Below are positions 6,466 through 10,809 of a stretch of 10,809 nucleotides of DNA, piece after piece. The first letter of the stretch is position 1. Each line of letters starts with the position of its first letter. The notes beneath the pieces are model-generated. The model saw only the letters and a program-made list of their open reading frames with translations, did no database searches and had not been told where the DNA came from. The stretch spans positions 1 to 10,809 of the forward strand of contig JBKPAK010000104.1 in NCBI GenBank assembly GCA_046726415.1, in the 5' to 3' direction. The translations under genes and the position numbers were made by a program. Source of the stretch: Candidatus Methylomirabilota bacterium (GTDB lineage: Bacteria > Methylomirabilota > Methylomirabilia > Rokubacteriales > CSP1-6).

Positions 6466-8826
6466 GACGCGCGACGCGACCTGGGTCGGCCGGCCGCTGC
6501 GCCGGCGGGAGGATCCCGAGCTTCTCTCGGGAAAGGGGGTCTTCATCGCCGACGTGACGCGACCGGGCATGCTTCACGCCGCCTTTCTCCGAAGCCCTCA
6601 CGCCCATGCGCGCATCAGGGCCATCGACGCGCGAGAGGCGCGCGCGCTGCCCGGCGTTCACGCCGTGCTGACCGGGGGCGATCTGCCGGCCGATCTCGGC
6701 CCGCAGCCGGTCTTCATCCACTTCCAGGACGAACGCCCCACCCCGACCTGGGCGCTCGCGCGCGAGCGAGTGCGCTACGTCGGTGAGCCAGTGGCGGCGG
6801 TGGCGGCGGAGTCGCGGTATGTGGCTGAGGACGCGCTCGAGCGCATCCAGATCGCATGGGAGCCCCTACCCGCGGTGGCCGACGTGATGGCAGCGCTGGC
6901 GCCGGAAGCGCCGCGCCTCTACGATGGCTGGCCCGACAACGTGGCGGCGATCTACGGCACCGCCATGGGCGAGGCGGATCGCGCTCTGGCGGCGGCCGAG
7001 GTCGTCATCCAGGAGCGCTTCTCCATCCAGCGGAACTTCGCCTGTCCGATCGAGACGCGGGGCGTCCTCGCCGAGTGGGACGCCCACCGCGGCGACCTCG
7101 TCATCTGGTCGACCACGCAGGTCCTCCATCAGGCCCGCGACTATCTCGCGGACATCCTCAAGGTCCCCGTGCACCGGATCCGCGTGATCGCGCCGCGTCT
7201 CGGCGGGGGCTTCGGCGCCAAGTTCCACTTCTATGCCGAGGAGGTTGCGGTGGCGCTCCTGGCCGGAAAGGTCCGCCGCCCGGTGCGCTGGATCGAGGAC
7301 CGCCTGGAATCGTTCGTCACCACCGTCCACGCGCGGGAGCAGGTCATCGAAGCGACCTTGGGGGCCCGCCCGGACGGGACGATCACCGCGCTCTCTGCCG
7401 ACATCCTGGGGGACCTCGGGGCGCACCTGCACACCGTGAGCATGGGGCCGGTGTGGTGCACGTCGGTGATGCTCACCGGAGCCTATGCGATACCCAACGC
7501 GAGCGTGCGCGTCAAGGGCGTCGTCACCAACAAGACGCCCCTCGGTTCCTACCGTGGGTGGGGGCAACAGCAGGCCAACTTCGTCATCGAGCGCCTTGTC
7601 GACCGGCTGGCCGCCAGGCTGGGACTCGATCCAGTCGACGTGCGCCGCCGAAACTTCATCCGGCCCGAGCAGTTCCCCTTCCAGACGCTCTGCTATCTCT
7701 TCGACAGCGGGCGCTATGCCGACTGCCTCGACCGCGCGCTCGAGGCTCTCGACTATCGAGGCTGGCGCCGCCGGCAGGACGAGGGGCGAGGGATCGGGCG
7801 TCACCTCGGCATCGGGATGTCGGTGCACATCGACGCGGGCGCCCTCGGCCCCTCGCGCATCCTCAACATGAGCGGCTCCGGACAGGGGGGCTACGACATC
7901 GCGCGGCTGCGCATGGAGCCGAGCGGCGACGTGACGCTCTACACCGGTCTGTGCGACATGGGCCAGGGGCTCACCAACGCCCTCGCCCAGGTGGCGGCTG
8001 ACGCCCTCGGCGTGCGTCCCGAGTCCATCTACGTGGTAACCGGCGACACCCGGTCTGTCCCTACACGGGCTACGGTACCGGGGGCAGCCGCGGCGGCACG
8101 ACCGGCGGCGCTGCGGTACTGAAGGCCGCCGAGCGGTTGCGCGAAAAAATCCTGCGAATCGGCGCCCACCTACTCGAGGCGGCCCCCCAGGACCTGGTGA
8201 TCAACGACGGTCGGATCTCGGTGGGGGGCGCGCCGTGGAAGTCAGTGGCGCTCGCGGAGGTTGGACGCGCCGCATATCATCTGACCGTCAACCTTCCCGA
8301 CGGCGTCGAGCCCGGCCTCGATGCGGTGGCGACCTGGGATCCGCCCAACTTCACCTTTGCCTATGGCGTCAACGTCGCGGTGGTCGAGGTCGACTCCCTC
8401 ACTGGCGAGGTTCATTTCCTCGACTACGTGATGGTGCATGATTCGGGCACCCTCCTGAATCCGCTCGTGGTCGAGGGGCAAGTCCACGGCGGCATCGCGC
8501 AGGGCATAGGGCAAGCGCTCTGGGAAGAGCTTCGCTACAACGCCGCCGCCCAGCCCATGAGTCGGACATTCATGGACTATGTCATGGCGACGGCCGCCGA
8601 CTTGCCGCGCTTCCGGCTGAACCACACCGAAACGCCGGCCCCTCACATCCCCGGCGGGATGAAGGGAGTGGGCGAGGGCGCCATCATGGGCCCGCCGGCG
8701 GCGGTGGTGAACGCGATCGAGGATGCGCTGCGGCCGTTCGGTCCCACGTTCACGACCTTGCCGGTGACCCCCGAGCGGATCCTGTCCGCGCTCCGGGGCG
8801 CCGCGGTCATGGAGGGCCGAGCATGA
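6458..8826 (+). pseudogene. Xanthine dehydrogenase family molybdopterin-binding large subunit (CoxL/CutL-like), frameshifted at about 8053 (true pseudogene or sequencing error)
   Basis: ORF 6458..8122 has RREDPELLSG, RSPHAHARI, VRYVGEPVAAV, GGGFGAK, YRGWG and MGQG. The frame shifts after GDT into CPYTGYGTGGSRG...AAERLREK, which continues through ORF 8137..8826 with VEGQVHGGIAQGIG, FMDY and KGVGE. Adding 1 nt gives a 789-aa protein. Confidence 0.88.
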
Positions 8827-9836
8827 GCGCGCGCTCGGCAGCGTTCGTCCCTCATATCGACATCGAGCCGTTCCGCACGGGCAGTGAGCACGACAAGCGG
8901 CGCCTCGCCCGGGAAGTGGGGCGGGCCTGCGAGGAGATCGGGTTCCTGACCATCGTGGGGCACGGCGTTCCAGAAGAGATCGCGCGGCGGACCGACGAGG
9001 TTGCCCTCGACCTTCCGCTCGAGGAAAAGCTCGAGATTCGGCACGGCGCCACCAGCAGCAAAGGCTATAGCCCAGTCGCGGGCGAGGGGCTCTCCTACAG
9101 CCTCGACAAGGCGGCGCCCGCCGATCTGAAGGAGTCCCTGACCATCGGCCCCGTAAACATGGAAGAAGACGAGGCACAGAGCCCGAAAGCTAGACCCTTC
9201 TTCTCAGCGAACCTCTGGCCGCGACGGCCACCCGAGCTCTGCGCCATCTTCACCGAGTACTACCGCGCCATGGCCCGGCTGTCCGACGAAATGGCGGCCC
9301 TCTTCGCGCTCGCCCTCGCCCTGCCCGAGGACTATTTTCGGCCCTACGTGAACCGGCACATCAGCCACCTCAAGGTCGTCCACTACCCACCTCAGGTAGA
9401 ACCTCCTCTGGCCGGACAGCTTCGCTCTGGCGAGCACACGGACTACGGCAGTTTCACCTTGCTGCGCCTGGACGGCCCTCCGGGACTTCAAGTGAGACGG
9501 CCGGACGGGACGTGGGCCGACGTGTCTCACGTCCCCGGCGGCTTCGTGGTGAACCTGGGTGATCTCATGGCGCAGTGGACCAACGACCGCTGGGTATCCA
9601 CCCTGCATCGCGTCGTCAATCCCGAGCGCGGCGACTCCGCCCGAACAGGTCGGTTGTCGCTCGTGTTCTTCCATCAGCCCAACTACGACGCCGTGATCAC
9701 GCCCATTCACACCTGTTGCGGGGCCGACAACCCGCCCCGGTACGGCGCGGTCACCTCGGGCGAGCATCTGCTCGCGAAGGTGCGCAAGCAGAAGGCGATG
9801 GGCCGCTCAACCCCGGTCAGAGCCGAAGGCGCCTAA
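8823..9836 (+). CDS. Isopenicillin N synthase-family 2-oxoglutarate/Fe(II)-dependent oxygenase
   Basis: DIOX_N-like ACEEIGFLTIVGHGVP, iron triad EHTDYG...STLHRV, 2OG-binding RLS, and NLGDLMAQWTND. ATGA overlap with the upstream gene and SD GGAGGG at 8811-8816. Confidence 0.93.
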   Translation: MSARSAAFVPHIDIEPFRTGSEHDKRRLAREVGRACEEIGFLTIVGHGVPEEIARRTDEVALDLPLEEKLEIRHGATSSKGYSPVAGEGLSYSLDKAAPADLKESLTIGPVNMEEDEAQSPKARPFFSANLWPRRPPELCAIFTEYYRAMARLSDEMAALFALALALPEDYFRPYVNRHISHLKVVHYPPQVEPPLAGQLRSGEHTDYGSFTLLRLDGPPGLQVRRPDGTWADVSHVPGGFVVNLGDLMAQWTNDRWVSTLHRVVNPERGDSARTGRLSLVFFHQPNYDAVITPIHTCCGADNPPRYGAVTSGEHLLAKVRKQKAMGRSTPVRAEGA

Positions 9837-10643
9837 ATGTCGTCGAAGCGTGCGCGTTCCAACGGTCGCCGCGACGACGCCGTAGCCCGGATCCGCCGGC
9901 TCATCGAGCACGGCGAGCTCGCCCCGGGCATGCGGCTTCCGGGCGAGCGACAGCTCGCCGATCGCCTCAAGATGAGTCGGGGCACGGTGCGCGAAGCCCT
10001 TCAGTTCCTCGGAGCGATGGGGCTGGTGGCCACCCGACGCGGCGGAGGCAGCTTCGTGCGCGCGGCGCCGAGCGACGCCCACGAATTGCGACCTGGCTGG
10101 CATGCGTGGGTCGACCGCCACCGCCGCCACATCCTCGAAATCCTCGAGGCCCGTGAGGCCTGCGAGGCCTTCGCGGCCGAACTGGCGGCCCGCCGCATCG
10201 GCCCCGACCACCTCGAGCAGATGGTGGACGCGCTGCGCCGGATGGCCGCGGCCACCGCCGCCAAGGACATCACAGGTCTGGTCCAGGCCGACCTTCGTTT
10301 CCACGACGCTCTCCTGCGCGCCTCGGGCAATGCCTCTCTCCGGAAGATGGCGGGCGCGCTCGGCGAGCGTCTCGTTCCCGAGCGCGCGGCGACCTGGGAC
10401 CTGCCCGGCCGAGCCGAGCGGTCGCACGTCGAGCACCAGGCGATCTATGAGGCGGTGCGGAGCGGCGATCCGACGGGCGCCGCTCAGGCGGCGCGGCAGC
10501 ATCTCCGGAGCGTTCGCGACGACATCGTCACCCATCTCATGACCGGCCCCGCCGAGCCCGAGCGGACGCCACGTCGCGCGCTTCGCTCCAGGCGAGGAGA
10601 GCAATCCAACGTTTCGCTCCCGGCGAGGAGAGTGATCCGATGA
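9837..10643 (+). CDS. GntR-family transcriptional regulator, FadR subfamily (FCD domain)
   Basis: wHTH motifs PGMRLPGERQLA, SRGTVREAL and RRGGGSFV. FCD motifs LEAREACE, DLRFHDAL, SGN, EHQAIYEAV and HL. Start abuts the upstream stop (TAAATG). Confidence 0.93.
   Translation: MSSKRARSNGRRDDAVARIRRLIEHGELAPGMRLPGERQLADRLKMSRGTVREALQFLGAMGLVATRRGGGSFVRAAPSDAHELRPGWHAWVDRHRRHILEILEAREACEAFAAELAARRIGPDHLEQMVDALRRMAAATAAKDITGLVQADLRFHDALLRASGNASLRKMAGALGERLVPERAATWDLPGRAERSHVEHQAIYEAVRSGDPTGAAQAARQHLRSVRDDIVTHLMTGPAEPERTPRRALRSRRGEQSNVSLPARRVIR
10582..10642 (+). repeat. Imperfect tandem repeat of SD + start region (2 x 30 bp, period 31)
   Basis: TTCGCTCCAGGCGAGGAGAGCAATCCAACG (10582-10611) versus TTCGCTCCCGGCGAGGAGAGTGATCCGATG (10613-10642), 25/30 identical. 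Confidence 0.85.
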
Positions 10644-10809
10644 GCGCACTGGTGATGGAGGAGGGTCTCCGCCTCGACGCGAAGACCTTCGAGATCCTGC
10701 GCCATCGTCTCTGGTACATCAACGACGAGGGCGCCCGCACCATCAGCCGGCTGTCCGGCTCCCCCGTGGCCACCGAGGTCTACGACATGAATACCGGGCT
10801 GATGACGGC
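10640..10809 (+). CDS. Hydantoinase B/oxoprolinase family protein, 3'-truncated by the window edge
   Basis: Manual translation gives MSALVMEEGLRLDAKTFEILRHRLWYINDEGARTISRLSGSPVATEVYDMNTGLMT, matching the HyuB-type N-terminus (D..T.E...RL..I..E.......S.SP...E..D). SD GAGGAG at 10625-10630 and ATGA overlap with the regulator. Confidence 0.85.
   Translation, partial: MSALVMEEGLRLDAKTFEILRHRLWYINDEGARTISRLSGSPVATEVYDMNTGLMT

Noticed and set aside
8137..8826. Independent 229-aa gene starting at TTG
   Set aside because: Homology extends upstream of the TTG in the same frame to about 8056. It is the C-terminal part of the frameshifted molybdoprotein.
6458..8826. Assignment as true aerobic CO dehydrogenase (coxL)
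   Set aside because: It lacks the AYRCSFR motif and there are no adjacent coxM/coxS genes.
8823..9836. Beta-lactam or other secondary-metabolite biosynthetic cluster suggested by the IPNS-family gene
   Set aside because: No NRPS, PKS or other scaffold-forming gene is in the window. The neighbours and regulator type point to catabolism.
10582..10642. CRISPR-like repeat or IS end
   Set aside because: Only two diverged copies separated by 1 nt, with no spacer and no cas or transposase gene in the window.

Overview
GC-rich bacterial window made up mostly of catabolic genes. Left part (+): the 3' end of a sulfatase, an NAD-type SDR, a divergent AbgB-like M20 amidohydrolase and an EEP-family nuclease/phosphatase. 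On the - strand lie a small ORF that looks like an internally deleted APC permease and an isolated DUF1007-type exported protein. Right part (+): a tightly coupled operon running off the window, encoding an LLM (Mer-like) oxidoreductase, a CoxL/XdhB-like molybdopterin subunit with a 1-nt frameshift at about 8053, an IPNS-family 2OG-Fe(II) oxygenase, a FadR-subfamily GntR regulator and a hydantoinase B/oxoprolinase-like subunit. A perfect FadR-type palindrome and a second degenerate copy lie upstream of this operon. Two gene junctions in it carry tandemly duplicated Shine-Dalgarno + start units. No RNA genes, CRISPR arrays or mobile elements were recognised. All family assignments come from motif recognition, not database searches.
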